DNA of 64,000 nucleotides from Octopus vulgaris (lineage: Eukaryota): assembly GCA_951406725.2 (NCBI GenBank), contig OX597827.1, forward strand, positions 44,888,001-44,952,000, in the 5' to 3' direction. A program made the position numbers and the translations under genes. The notes beneath the pieces were generated by a model. It searched no databases, was not told where the DNA came from, and was given only the letters and a program-made list of their open reading frames with translations. Shown here piece after piece: positions 38,883-52,111 of this stretch. Positions within the stretch are counted from its first letter, which is position 1, and each line of letters starts with the position of its first letter.

Positions 38883-39156
38883 TTTATTTGTGTATTAAGG
38901 TTACCATTAGTTTCATGTTAAGAAAATATCTGAACAATTTTTCAAGCCAGTCACATGGAGGAATGGTGTTCATCTCCATTTTGAATTAAACACCAAAATG
39001 GAGATTAAACACCATTTCCTCATGTAATTAGCTTGAAAAACTATTAAGATATGGAGACGAAAACCACTCCTCCATGTGATCAGCTTGAAAAATTGTTGAG
39101 ATATTAAGATGTTTTTCTTGGCATGAAACCATCGGTAGCCTTAATACACAAATAAA
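38883..39156. repeat. Fold-back palindromic element
   Basis: TTTATTTGTGTATTAAGG pairs with CCTTAATACACAAATAAA. Centre ATCTCCATTTTG-10 nt-CAAAATGGAGAT. The right arm has an internal ~50-bp duplication. Confidence 0.85.
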
Positions 39157-39586
39157 AAAACTTTTATCCACCAATGTGGTGTTGAGCACTCTTTCTCATT
39201 CTTTGACATTTATTGCACACACACACACGCACACATACATGCATACATACACTCACACATCCACATAAGAATACAAGCACATATACACACAATGTCCCTG
39301 GTATTAAATTATTGTCTCCCTCACCCTCACCACCCCACCCAAGGAGATTTGTGCTTTGGCAGCTTGTGTTAGTTTGGATGTCTGTAACACAACCCTTTGG
39401 CTTCCTCCTCCTCCTCCTTTTTCCTTCTCTTCTCTTCTTTGTTCTCTCTCTTTTTCTCTCTCTCCTTCTCTCATACTTCCAGTTTTCACTCTTGTATAGC
39501 TTCCTTGCTTTGTCTTCCCTCTTCTTTTTTTTTCTTGTTAACATGATCCCTCTTTCTCCTTCCCTTCATCTCTCTCTTTCTCCCCC

Positions 39587-39623
<37 letters not shown>

Positions 39624-39799
39624 AAAGCAAGAGAGAGAGAGAGGGAGAGAGAAAAATGAATCCCTTTTAGTCTTTCTCTCTCACTATCTCTGGTTTCTAT
39701 ATTGTGTGTGTGTGTGTCCATCCATCCCCATATGTGTATGTATCTCTCTCCCTCACTATTGTCGTCTATACATCTCTCTCTCTCATTAATCATACTTCT

Positions 39800-39816
39800 C
39801 ACCTATCTATCTATGC

Positions 39817-39852
<36 letters not shown>

Positions 39853-39881
39853 CTATCTATCTATCTATCTATCTATCTCTC

Positions 39882-39926
<45 letters not shown>

Positions 39927-39931
39927 TTATC

Positions 39932-39978
<47 letters not shown>

Positions 39979-39992
39979 ATCTATCTATCTAT
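39800..39992. repeat. (TATC)n/(TC)n microsatellite
   Basis: Directly visible. Confidence 0.95.
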
Positions 39993-40481
39993 CACTTAGT
40001 ATTATGACCCTTCCAACTGAAATCTCTCTACTCTCACCCTTTCTCTGCTTCCACCCCCACTCCATACCTCCATCTTGGTATCCTCATTTCAACTTACCTC
40101 AACACTACCTCCAGCAGCACAACTATTATTATTATTATTATTATTACTACTACTACTACTACTACTGCAACTACTCCCACTGGCTAGTGTTTCTAATCTC
40201 TCTCTCTGTCTCCTCTCCATCTTTTATTTCCCTCTCTGTAATTCTCCTTTCTTGCATCCCCACCCCAAACTATCTGCCTTTCCTTTCTATCCCCACCCTA
40301 TGGCTAGCTCTCTGCCCCTCCCCCCACCACCGCCACCACACTTGATTCTCCTCTGGCCCTCTCCTCCAACCTACCCCTACCAGCCTCCTATGTTAGTACC
40401 CCTACCTCCTCTAACTACCACCATACCTATCCCCCATGAACTCCACTACCATCTCCCTCCCTTATGTATACACACACACAC

Positions 40482-40530
<49 letters not shown>

Positions 40531-42589
40531 CCCTCCCACCACAATGCTAGTGGTACTACCACCATGACCACCACCTCCACTATAACTACTAATAAAACAA
40601 CCATCACTACCACAGCTGTTACCTCTATCACACACCTTTACCATCCCTCTTCCACCCACACACACTCTCCTATCCTGTGCTACTACCATTACAGTGCCAC
40701 TGCTTCCTTCTTCATCACTACCACTCCAACACCACTCCAGTGTTCTCTCTGCTGCCACTGCCACCACCACTATAACCATTCCCATCTCCCTTTCTACTAT
40801 TTACCCCCATCACTCCTACTATCGCCACTACTGCCATCTCCACCACCACTACTAATACTACTTCCACTACTACAGTTACCATCATCATCACTACCACCAC
40901 CACTACCTCTTCTAATACTACTACTATAATATCTACTTCTGGTCCCCCATCAATCCACCACCAGGAACCAAGGTAGGGGACTTGACCTGCTAGAAATAAT
41001 AGCAGTCATATTTTTACCCTCATCACTCAGATAGATGAAATGTAAAAGGAAAGAAGAACAATCTAATCCTTGATATTCGAAACAGATGGGCTGGCCATGG
41101 CTGGAAAGCTTTTCCTTATATATATATAGATAAATAGATAGAAAGATAGATAGGTTTCTTAAATAACAACAATCAGCACCAACACCACCACCACTGCCAT
41201 CAGTACTATCACCACTGCCGCCAATACCACCTCCACTACCAGCAGTACTATTATCACCACCACCACCACTGCTGCTACCGCCGCCACCGCCTGCACCCTT
41301 ACAACAGTCACTTTATTCCAATTCTGTCTTTTCACTTCCAGAGAATAATCTCCATATTAAAACTATTGATTTCTATTAAACCCATTTTTCTTTTACTAAT
41401 GCTTGACTGTTTCCATTGTTGAAACACACACACACACACACACACACAGAATCTTCTTCTCTTTCTTGACCTCCTTCCTATACCAAGCTTCCATCACCCA
41501 TTCACCACCATCACCACTGCCACCGCTGCTGCCATGGGCACTGCTGTCTCTGCCTCCCCCCCCCACCGCCACAACCATGCCTCCCTACTTCCTATTCATC
41601 ACCACCACCACCACCACCACTACTACTACTACTATCATTTACCTCCCACCGCTACTAAAATCACTACTACTACTTCTTACTAACATCCCTACCAACCTCC
41701 CAACCTTCCTCCCCTTACTGCTTATTGCAACCACCACCACCACCACTATCTCCCTCTTTTACCACTGATCTTTAGTAATATATCTATTATCTGTTTCTTT
41801 CTCAGACTACCTACTATAAAAACACTATCTCTCACTACCACCACCACCACCACTTCTTCTTACAAAGCCACTACTTCCACTCTCAGCTATACAAACAGCA
41901 ACTAAGCCAAAGAGGGGAATCTCTGAAGTCATGGTTTGACCTGCTGCTATGCAAAATAGCAGTGAAAAAAAAAAAATCACCCCTCATCACATCCCTTGCA
42001 GTCTTTTACAAAAGTGCTACAAAAGAACACTTTGGATATTATCATTATACATTATTATTATGTATCCAAGCAGCATAAACCAAAGAAGGCTGAATGCTCA
42101 TGGATCAGAATATGCCTATAATCAATTGGGAGAGGTCCTGTTGGATCAGAGATGACCTGAGGTGCTGCCCCCCACCACCACTACCACTACCACCATTACT
42201 AATAACAACATTTATTTAACCCTTTCAGCTTTTAGATTATTCTGTCCAATTCACAGCTTTATTTATTCACGTGGTTTCAAATTAATCATGCATCATTTAT
42301 TATCTTATATATTTAGCTTTGAGGTGTTTAATGATGTGGATTCTTTTTACTTGTTTCGGTCATTTGAGTGCGGTCATGCTGGGGCACCCCGCCTTGAAGA
42401 ATTTTTAGTCGAATGAGTCGACCCCCCCCCCCGCCTGATACTTATTCTGTTGGTGTCTTTGGCTGAACCGCTAAGTTACAGGGACGCAAACACACATGCA
42501 CGTAGATACACACACACACACATGTGAATTTTTTGCGTAATGAGCTAAAAAAACCAAGGCTGTGTAGATATTAGAACATTTATAGATAG

Positions 42590-42641
42590 GTCTTACAGCT
42601 GTTTCCAGGATATTTATTAATTATATCCCTTCATCAGAGAC
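42590..42641 (-). ncRNA. Minimal type-I hammerhead ribozyme-like motif
   Basis: Minus strand: GTCT CTGATGA A GGGATAT aattaataa ATATCCT G GAAAC AGCT GTA AGAC. Stem I, stem II, palindromic stem III and GUA triplet are all present. Confidence 0.6.
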
Positions 42642-42671
42642 GGTGTGAGAGGATGGTTAAGAAGCCTGTTG

Positions 42672-42715
<44 letters not shown>

Positions 42716-43199
42716 CACAACAAGCTTCTTTCAGTTTCTGTCTACCAAATCCACTCACAAAGCCTTGGTCAGCCCAAGATTATATAATAGAAGACACTTA
42801 CCCAAGGTGCCAATGCCATGCAGTGGGACTGAACTCAGAATGATGTGTCTAGGAAGCAAGCATCTTACCACCAACATTGTAAGGTGGGTGTGAGAGGCCA
42901 AATCTGACTGGTTTGAAGTTAAAACTGGTTGAATATTTTGGGCAAAATATGGCCATCTGACAGATTATTCTGTCAGGTGTAACACTTTATTTCTTCACAT
43001 TGTTTTGAATTAATCCTGCATTATCTGATAGCTTTGGGATTTCAATGGTGTGATTGATTATGTTTTGAATGACATTGTTAGGTAGGTGTGAGAGGCCAGG
43101 TCTGGTCAGTTTGAACATAAAACAGGTCGAAAATTCAGGGCTGGTTTAAATGCTAAAGGGTTAATATATTTATTCCAATCTGGATGGAACTGTGTTAAC

Positions 43200-43406
43200 T
43201 CTTTTGATACCAACACGCCTGAAACTGCCTCTGGTTCTGTAATGCAAATGTCTTGTTTTGAAAAGTTCTGAATTAAAACTTTCTGCCAAACATTAGTCCC
43301 AATTTATGTTCCTAACACTAACTTAATGATGATTAAGTTATTTTACTAAATTCTTTGTTATATTTAAAATTAATTGAAAAAAACAGAGAGCATCTCAACA
43401 AAAGGG
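43200..43406. mobile_element. Second piggyBac-like MITE family (TTAA-CTCTTTTGATACC...AAAGGG-TTAA)
   Basis: TTAA flanks; homologous copies at ~17920-18145 and ~32120. Confidence 0.6.
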
Positions 43407-43879
43407 TTAACAGATAGGAGCATCATCACTTTGCTTGGTGTTGGGGCTCTTCTGTTAATGTACAGGACCCTACATTTCAGTCTGACGCTAACTAACAAGG
43501 AAACTCTGAGCACTGCCTGCTAATTAAAATAATTGACTCTTCTGTGAGTTTCAATGATGAGTATTTTAAATGTCCTCCACCCTCCCAGACAGCAAAAGGA
43601 ATACTTTTCATTAATGTTTTAGCAAAGTAGAATCAGTCATTTTGTGTGTGTGTGGAGCCTGGAGGAAGGGCCGTAGCCCGTGACCCTTGAAGGTCCTTCC
43701 AAAACAGCTGAGATTGATACTGCTAATGTTCTGTTTGAATTGTTGTAGGCCAACATCTGCTGAAAAAGACTTGAAGAGAGAGGAAATTCAAGGGAGCCTT
43801 ATATTCTGAGGATGATGGATTAGGCGTAATGATCAATATGGGGAAAGTAGGATTAGGTGCACCAAGGGTGCCAAAAGGT

Positions 43880-44115
43880 GGAGAGACGAGCTGGATGGAG
43901 GAGCAGAGGGAATTATAGTAATGATGGAAAAGACAGAGAGGAGATAGTATGCCTATGGGCTAGAGAGGCTGGATCGTATCTGTTAGTGATGGAGCGCCAA
44001 TCAGTCAGGTGGGCCTCAGGCCATAGATAGCAATAGAAACGACAGAGAGAGGAGGTAGCACACATGTGGACTAGAAGCTGAATTATGTCCATTACTGGTG
44101 GAGTGTCAATTAGCC
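43880..44115 (-). pseudogene. CR1/Jockey-type LINE ORF2 C-terminal relic, partly duplicated
   Basis: Minus-strand reading with frameshifts gives RLIGAPSLTDTIQP/LAHRHTISSLCLFHHYYNSLCSS, resembling the L.PL.HRR.V.SL..FY RT tail. A second diverged copy lies at ~44030-44115. Confidence 0.6.
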
Positions 44116-44146
44116 AAGTATTTGTGTTAAGGTAATACTAAAGCAG

Positions 44147-44502
44147 AACAAGAGCACTCACCTCTGCCAAGGCAACACCACTATCCTCTCAATGATTAGC
44201 CAGAGATGATTATTAAAATGAGAATATCTGAAATAAACTCAACTGCTCTCACAAATGAGAATACTAAAAGTGAACCTGACCACTCTCAAAAATTAAGTAA
44301 AAAACTAGGAAAAATTATCCAGAATCCTTGTCCAGCACTGGATTGATCCCAAAATCTAATCAGTTCATGCTAGTCACAAGGCCAAACATCTCTGGAAGTT
44401 TCATCTGAATTCATCCAGCGGTTCTTGAGATATCCTGTTCACAGACCAACCAGCAAAAACAACTGCAAACAATACCTCTGCCTTCAATAAGGTGGAGGTA
44501 AT
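44147..44502 (+). mobile_element. Helentron/HINE-like non-autonomous element
   Basis: Starts AACAAGAGCACTCA and ends in the hairpin TACCTCTGCCTT-CAAT-AAGGTGGAGGTA. Second copy at 60188-60530. Confidence 0.65.
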
Positions 44503-45464
44503 GAGTATGACACATGGTTAACTCTTTGAATTGCAATTACACAAATCCATTTAGTATGATGATGAAGAAGAAGAAGAAGAAGAAGAAGAATGCAAGGAGG
44601 AGACAGAAATGAAAGGATGTGCAATGATATATTTGTAAGATATTGTGTAATATACACAGATCCCAGGGACAGAGGGGAAAAAAAATTAAAAGTGAATCAT
44701 TACCAAAAGTTGCTGACTCTTAATCTGTGCACTTGTTGAACCCCCTACTAGAAATAGCAACCATATCTTTCTCAAATCACATCTTACAACCATAGATATA
44801 TATCCTATTAAACTGTGTCAGAAAACAAAATGGTGAGTTGGTCATGACTGGAATGCTTTTCCTCATAGATATGTGTTCAATTATCACTGACCTCGATTCA
44901 ACACAATCTATCAATAGCATAACTATTAGAGCCACTGTGCCACAAGCACCACTGTGCTACAACCACCACTGTGCCACAACCACCACTGTGCCACAACCAC
45001 CACCAAGAAAAGAAACTTCAGTAGGGCAACCTCTGTGTAGAGACTGCAACCGTTAGCATCTAAATTGTCTGTGTCCAGCCCAAATATTCAACCTGTTTTA
45101 AGTTGAGGCTAGCCAGATCTGGCCTCTCACACCTACCCTACAATGTCATTCTAAAATTAAACAATCACATGATCGAAATTTTTGAAGCTACAAGATAATG
45201 CATGATTAATTCAAAACGATCTTGTAACTTTCATCCCTTATTTGTTTCAGCCATTAGACCGCAGTCCTGCCGGGGGCATCACTTTTAAGGGTTTATAGTT
45301 AAACAAATTGACCCCAGTACTTATTTTTTCAAGCCTTGTATGTATTCTATTTGACAGAGTAATCTGAATGCTAATAAGCAAGTCGTTATGAAACGGCAGC
45401 CAAATTAAGATGCTGTGTGTGAATCACCTTAAAAACAAAGGACATGTTGGACGTTGCCCTAGAG

Positions 45465-45631
45465 CAGTGGTTTTCAACCAGGGTTCCGCAAGAAGTTACA
45501 AAACTGCTAAAATCGGCAGTAATTTTTAATTCTCCTGTGCATAAGACTATTAAATTATTGCACAGGGGTTCCTCGAGCCAGTGGAATGTTTCCTTGGGGT
45601 TCCGCTCCAGCAAAAAGTTTGAAAAGCACTG
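45465..45631. mobile_element. hAT (Charlie/Buster-type) MITE, 167 bp
   Basis: TIRs CAGTGGTTTTCAA and TTGAAAAGCACTG; perfect 8-bp TSD CCCTAGAG at 45457-45464 and 45632-45639. Confidence 0.9.
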
Positions 45632-46602
45632 CCCTAGAGAAATATATACAAAAAAAAAACCCATGGAGTGGTCACTGCTGGAGAGAGACACTGTTATCAT
45701 AGGTCTACTAGGACGAAGCTGACCTAGGGTTAAACAACAGCAGCAAGCACCAAGATGTTTGCAGTGGCAGGAAGATAATTCAAGTCTTTAAATTTAGAAG
45801 GAATATCAGAAGAGACAGGGTAAAAAGTATGATCAACAACAAAAACAAGAAAGATGATGATGGTGATGATGATGACGGTGGTGATGATGATGGTGATGAT
45901 GATAACGGTGGTGATGATGATGATGGTGATGATGATGACTACACCAACAGATACTCCTTGACAATGACACAGATGACAAGAACAGATTGTGACAGTTAAG
46001 ACTGTGATGAGAGGTGTGTGCAGTGGGGGGGACTTGCAGTGCTACCCCCTCCCCCAGTAGATTTTTGTGTGGATGTGACTGTTCATGTGGCAATATGTCT
46101 GCACATGTATGTTTGTTTATGTGTGTGTATATGTGCCTGTTCACATGTCCCTGTCCATGTGGGAATACACTCATGTATATGTGTGTGCACCTGGTAATAA
46201 GACTGTGTGTAAAATAAATAGCAGCTTGTATGTGTGTGTGTGTGTGTGTATGCATTTATATGTCTGTATTCATGTAGTAATGTGTGTGTTGATTTATATG
46301 GTAATGTGTATGTGAGTTTGTATGTCTGTATTCATGTCGTAATGTATGCGTAGTTGTATATGTCGTTGTGTATGTGGTTGTTGGTGTGAAGGTGTATGTG
46401 TAAGAGAAAAAAAACAGACGCATGATGTGATGTGTGTGTGGTTCTGTGTGTGTTCATGTGAATAATAGACAGTATGCATATGTTTGACTGTTAAGACCAT
46501 GTGCATATATTGCATGAATATGACAGTGTACTTGTTTGACAGCAAAAGCATTCACATGTGCATGTAATGATTTAGACATGTGTTTGGCAGAACACACACG
46601 TG

Positions 46603-46670
<68 letters not shown>

Positions 46671-46934
46671 AACTGCGACTACTGTCAGCCACTGTCAGCC
46701 ACTGACCATTCAAAATACGACCATTAAGGCATTCCCAGATTTCCCCACCCCTCTCCACATCAGCTTCATTATTCTTCACCTATCCTACCAAGAACTCAAA
46801 ACGACCTCGAACACACAAGTGCAAACAAGGGAGTCAGAGAAAGGCAGAATGCTACTTATATCTGAACACTACAGAAATATTCTTTTATAAAAACTTTTCT
46901 TCTAATTTTTCTAAATTTAATTATTTAATCGTTA

Positions 46935-46972
46935 CAGTTGAAAAGGTCTTAAAATGACCGAAACCGGTACTG
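46935..46972 (+). other. Hammerhead-like motif with mutated core, in an element between (TA)n tracts (~46668-47025)
   Basis: CAG TTGAAAA GGTC ttaaaat GACC GAAAC CG GTA CTG. All three stems are intact; CTGAAGA is decayed to TTGAAAA. Confidence 0.5.
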
Positions 46973-47039
46973 AAAGATTCACTATAAAATCATCTTAGCA
47001 TTTTCTATTTTTGACTTGTTTTTTCATATATATATATAT

Positions 47040-47415
47040 ACTCTTTTACTTGTTTCAGTCATTTGACTGCGGCCATGCTGGAGCACCGCCTTTAGTCGAG
47101 CAAATCGACCCCGGGACTTATTCTTTGTAAGCCCAGTACTTATTCTATCGGCCTCTTTTGCCGAACCGCTAAGTGACGGGGACATAACCACACCAGCATC
47201 GGTTGTCAAGCAATGCTAGGGGGACAAACACTCACACACACTTATATATATATACATATATACGACAGGCTTCTTTCAGTTTCCGTCTACCAAATCCACT
47301 TGGTCGGCCCGAGGCTATAGCAGAAGACACTTGCCCAAGATGCCACGCAGTGGGACTGAACCCGGAACCATATGGTTGGTTAGCAAGCTACTTACCACAC
47401 AGCCACTCCTGCGCC
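47040..47415 (-). mobile_element. Young OR-like CORE SINE inserted in (TA)n
   Basis: CpG-retaining, near-complete reverse complement of the 32955 copy. Confidence 0.9.
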
Positions 47416-47581
<166 letters not shown>

Positions 47582-49179
47582 ATGCGCCTGTGTATGCAAG
47601 TGTGCATATGTGCATGCATTCCTGTCAGGAGTGTACTATTGAAACTCTCAAGCTGAACTTGTCCTACTCGTCTTTTCGCAGAAAAACCAAACCCAGCCGA
47701 ATAAAAATGATAAATAAAATAAAAGTAAAATGTGCGGGTGTTGTTGAATGGGTATGTGGCCTGGTGCAGTGGGGTAGGTGGGCTGAGGGTGCCTTAAAGG
47801 GTGATGGGTGAAGGGGAGACCATACAGAAAATCCAAGCAAATTGGGCCAGTGTGCTGTTTGTTGCTAATCTCTCTTGACAAGGGGCTGCCAGACAACAAA
47901 TCTCCTTCATAACACCACCACTACCACCACCACCACCACTACTATAACCATCATCATTACTACTATTACCACTACCATTACTCCCACCACCACCACCACT
48001 ACATCCATCACCAGGACTACCACCACTGCTGTTACTACTACTACTACTACTACCCTTACCATTAACACCACTATTTCTACAACTATTACTTCCACCACTA
48101 CTACTATCCTACTACCACCACTACTCCTGCCACCACTATCACCTGTGCCATCACCACCACTGCTGCTGCTGCTACTACTACTACTATAGAAACAAGATAA
48201 TTTATTAATTTAAAACCTGATTTTTGTGTAAGATGTTGGTCAGTGGGAGTGGTTGTTTCCATGGATGGGGGGAGTAGTGGCTATCAGGGGGACAGGGTGC
48301 AAGATTCTTATTGTCTTTGATTTTTTTTTTTAGATTATTGTGTGTGTGTGGAGGGGCAAGGGGTAAAAATCAAAACAGAGGAAAGTAAAAAGGAAAAGAG
48401 AGGAAAAAAACAAACCTACATAGGTTCAAGTTTTCAGTGCCTTAACTAAATACTAATGGGGGTCATGAGGAAGAAAACTGTTTGTTCTTCCTCTTTGTTG
48501 TATTATTGTCTATGAATCTATGCTTTTGGCCTTTTCATACACACTATCACATACATACATACATACATACATGCATACATGCACATATACACATGCACAC
48601 ACACACATACACACACACACACACACACTAATAGGTTCTATGGCCTATCCCAACAATCATTATTAATTATATTATTACCAATAATTAGTATTATCAATTA
48701 TGTTGTTATCAATCATAAGTTAATTAATGCGAGCATGCACAAGTGTGTTTTTGTTGTTGTCGTCGTTGTTGTTGTTGGTGGTGGTGGTGGTGGTTAGCTC
48801 TGAGTCGGCCCTGATCAAACAAACCTTTGATAAATTACATATATCTGACCCGCAGATATTCTTCTACTTGTTTCAGTCATTTAACTGTGGCCATGTTGGA
48901 GCACTGCATATAGTCAAACAAATCAACCCAAGGACTTATTCTTTATAAGCTTAGTACTTATTGTATCGGTCTCTTTTACTGAACTGCTAAGTTACAGAGA
49001 CAAACCCAAGTATATATATACATACATACATACATATATATACATATATATCCTTCTTTCCTTTCCTTTCCTGAGTGTCTAATAACACAATACTTGTTCC
49101 ATGTCCTCGCGTTGTTGTGTTTTCTCTTTGTGTTTTTATGTTTGGATTAACTATATATATATAATCAATCAAAACAAAT

Positions 49180-49668
49180 CAAAATAGATGAACATCAATG
49201 GAATTTGTATCTTTGTGGTACCAGTGCCGGTGGCACACAAGAAAACCATCCGAACGTGGCCGTAGCCAGTACCGCATCGACTGGCCTCCGTGCTGCGGGC
49301 ACGTAACAAACACCATCCGATCGTGGCCGTTCACCAGCCTCATCTGGCACCTGTGTCGGTGGCACATAAAAACACCATCCGAGCGTGGCCGTCTGCCAGC
49401 CTCGTCTGGCACCTGTGTCGGTGGCACATAAAAAACACCATCCGAGCGTGGCCGTTCGCCAGCCTCGTCTGGCACCTGTGTCGGTGGCACATAAAATCAC
49501 CCACTACACTCTCGGAGTGGTTGGCGTTAGGAAGGGCATCCAGCTGTAGAAACACTGCCAGATCTGACTGGCCTGGTGCAGCCTTCGGGCTCCCCAGACC
49601 CCAGTTGAACCGTCCAACCCATGCTAGCATGGAAAACGGACGCTAAATGAATGATGATGAATGATGAT
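49180..49668 (+). mobile_element. Young RTE-tailed repeat with an internal ~62-bp tandem array
   Basis: Unit TGTGTCGGTGGCACATAAAAACACCATCCGAGCGTGGCCGTCTGCCAGCCTCGTCTGGCACC; ends CATGGAAAACGGACGCTAAATGAATGATGATG. Confidence 0.8.
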
Positions 49669-49679
49669 ATATATATATA

Positions 49680-50092
49680 GAGCCATAGGAGTGGCTTTGT
49701 GGTAAGAAGCTTGCTTCCTAACCACATGGTTCCGGGTTCAGTTCCACTGCGTGGCACCTTGGGCAAATGTCTTCTGCTATAGCCTTGGGCCAACCAAGAC
49801 CTTGTGAGTGGATTTGGTAGACAAAAACTGAAAGAAGCCCATCGTGTGTGTGTGTGTATATATATATATACACGTATATATATTTGTGTGTGTGTCTGTG
49901 TTTGTTCCCCCACCATTGCTAGACAACAGATGTTGGTGTGTTTACATCCCGATAATTTAGCAGTTCGGCAAAAGAGACCAACAGAATAAAGACTAGACTT
50001 ACAAAGAATAAGTTGATTTATTTGACTAAAGGCAGTGCTCCATCATGGCCGAAGTCAAATGACTGAAACAAGTAAAAGAATAAAAGAAAATA
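49680..50092 (+). mobile_element. OR-like CORE SINE
   Basis: GGTTCAGTTCC B box, CCTTGGGCAAATGTCTTCT core, GTAAAAGA tail. Confidence 0.85.
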
Positions 50093-50136
<44 letters not shown>

Positions 50137-50775
50137 GAGATAGGGGTTGAAAATTCAACCCACCATGGGATAATATATATCCAATATACTGCTAGATAGG
50201 TACCCAACAAAATTAATACATAGATGTTAGAAATTGTCAAGCAATCAGTTCATCTATTGTATTAAATGGGTAAAGGTAATAATATTACCGTAAATTAATA
50301 CTACAAAATTAGATGTTTCTCCATTCTCTAATTTTGTAGTATATATATATATATATACTGATACTTATTGTATGGACCCCGAAAGAATGAAAGCAAAGTT
50401 GATCTCAGCAGAATTTGAACTCAGAATGTAAAGCCAGGAGAAATGCCCCTAAACACTTTGTTCAGTGTGCCAACAATGGTTCAACCTTAAACTGCCTTTA
50501 TGATAATAATAATGATAATTCTTTCTGCTAAAGGCACAAGGCCTGAAATTTGGGGTTTGGGGTCCAGTCAATTAGATTGACCTCAGTGTGCAATTGGTAC
50601 TTAATTTATCGATCCTCGAAAAGATGAAAAGCAAAGTTGACTTCAGTGGAATTTGAACTCAGAATGTAATGGCAGATGGAATAACACTAAGCATTTCACC
50701 CAGCATGCTAACAATTCTGCCAACTCGCTGCCCTAATAATAATAATAATAATAATAATAATGATGATGATGATGA

Positions 50776-50807
<32 letters not shown>

Positions 50808-52013
50808 CGACGCGACGCGACGACGACGTCAGTGGTTTCTGATTTTGGCACAATACCAAGAATTTTGAGTTGAGAAGATTAGTCAGGACCTTTGATTCCG
50901 GTGCTTGGTTGGTACTTTGTTATCCATCTTGGAGAAGTGAAAGGCAGAATTGATGTTTGACTTTGACAAGATTTGAGCTCAGAATGTAAACAACTAAAAG
51001 AGTACTTGACCGGTACTTTATTTTATTGACTCTACCAGGTTGGAAAAAAAGAAGGTTGACTTTTTCAGGATTTGATCTCTGAATGCGTAAATATATACAG
51101 TTTGTACCATAATTCCTGCCAACTTCTACTTCCTCCACTTACTACTGCTACTACTACTATTTTCATAACTGTAATAGTTTTCATCTTTGTATGTATGTGC
51201 ATGTTTGAAAGCAAATGTGTTTGTGTATGTGTATGTATGGGAGTGTATAATTATGCTCGCTTGTATTTATGTCTACGTGTGAGTGTATGTGCATGTGTAT
51301 ATATCTGAGTATGAATGCGTACATATATGTATATATTTGTGTATGCATATTTATGTGTGTTTGTGTGTATTTGTGTATGAATATTTATATGTGTGTGTTT
51401 GTGTATGTGTGTATATATAAGTATTTGTGTGCGTATGTTTCATTAAAAGAAATTTTGTATAAACAAAAAATAACTGGACAAATGAAAACAAGCAAGGAAG
51501 TGTGAAAAAAAACCCCCAATAAATATATAACTATTTGTTGTTATATCAAAGAAAATATTAATATACAACACCACACCTCTACTGAAATTGTAACAGAACA
51601 GCCTGGTGGTGCACAAGCTCTATTGAGTTGTAATATGTACCCAACTGTGGGTTAAGCTAACGGTAGAAGAAACCCAGTGTTGAGGGTACCATAACAAGCA
51701 AGCAAGTACATTGAACTCTACTAGATATGTGTGCACAAGAAGCAATGGATGAGAGGCCTTTCTCAACATCATTTTGATTTATTATCACTGTCACTGTAAT
51801 GTGGAAGGTAGGTGGTCACTGCTGTTGCTGTGTGGCAGAAATGGTATACAGTCAGGCAAGATTGGTAAGCAAGGGTGGAGCATATTGTTCTGAGTTTGGT
51901 TCTTTCTCAAGTTTTCAGATTTTTAAATCCCACCCATTACTGTTTCCTTCATCCATCCTATTGCATCATGGAGGTTGATTTCTTTTTTCACACACACACA
52001 CACACACACATAC

Positions 52014-52050
<37 letters not shown>

Positions 52051-52111
52051 TCGTTTTGGGATTTGGTTTGCAAGATTCTTTATGTGAGTTCGTGTGTTGA
52101 AGCATATTCTG

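Noticed and set aside
39704-40929. 213- and 284-aa Leu/Pro/Thr-rich ORFs
   Set aside because: They come from (TATC)n, (CTA)n and (CCA)n low-complexity DNA; no domain signature.
51839-51864. Isolated AG...GTAAGC micro-exon candidate (similar ones at 3767-3847 and 6949-6972)
   Set aside because: No phase-compatible partners or recognisable peptide; such matches are expected by chance.
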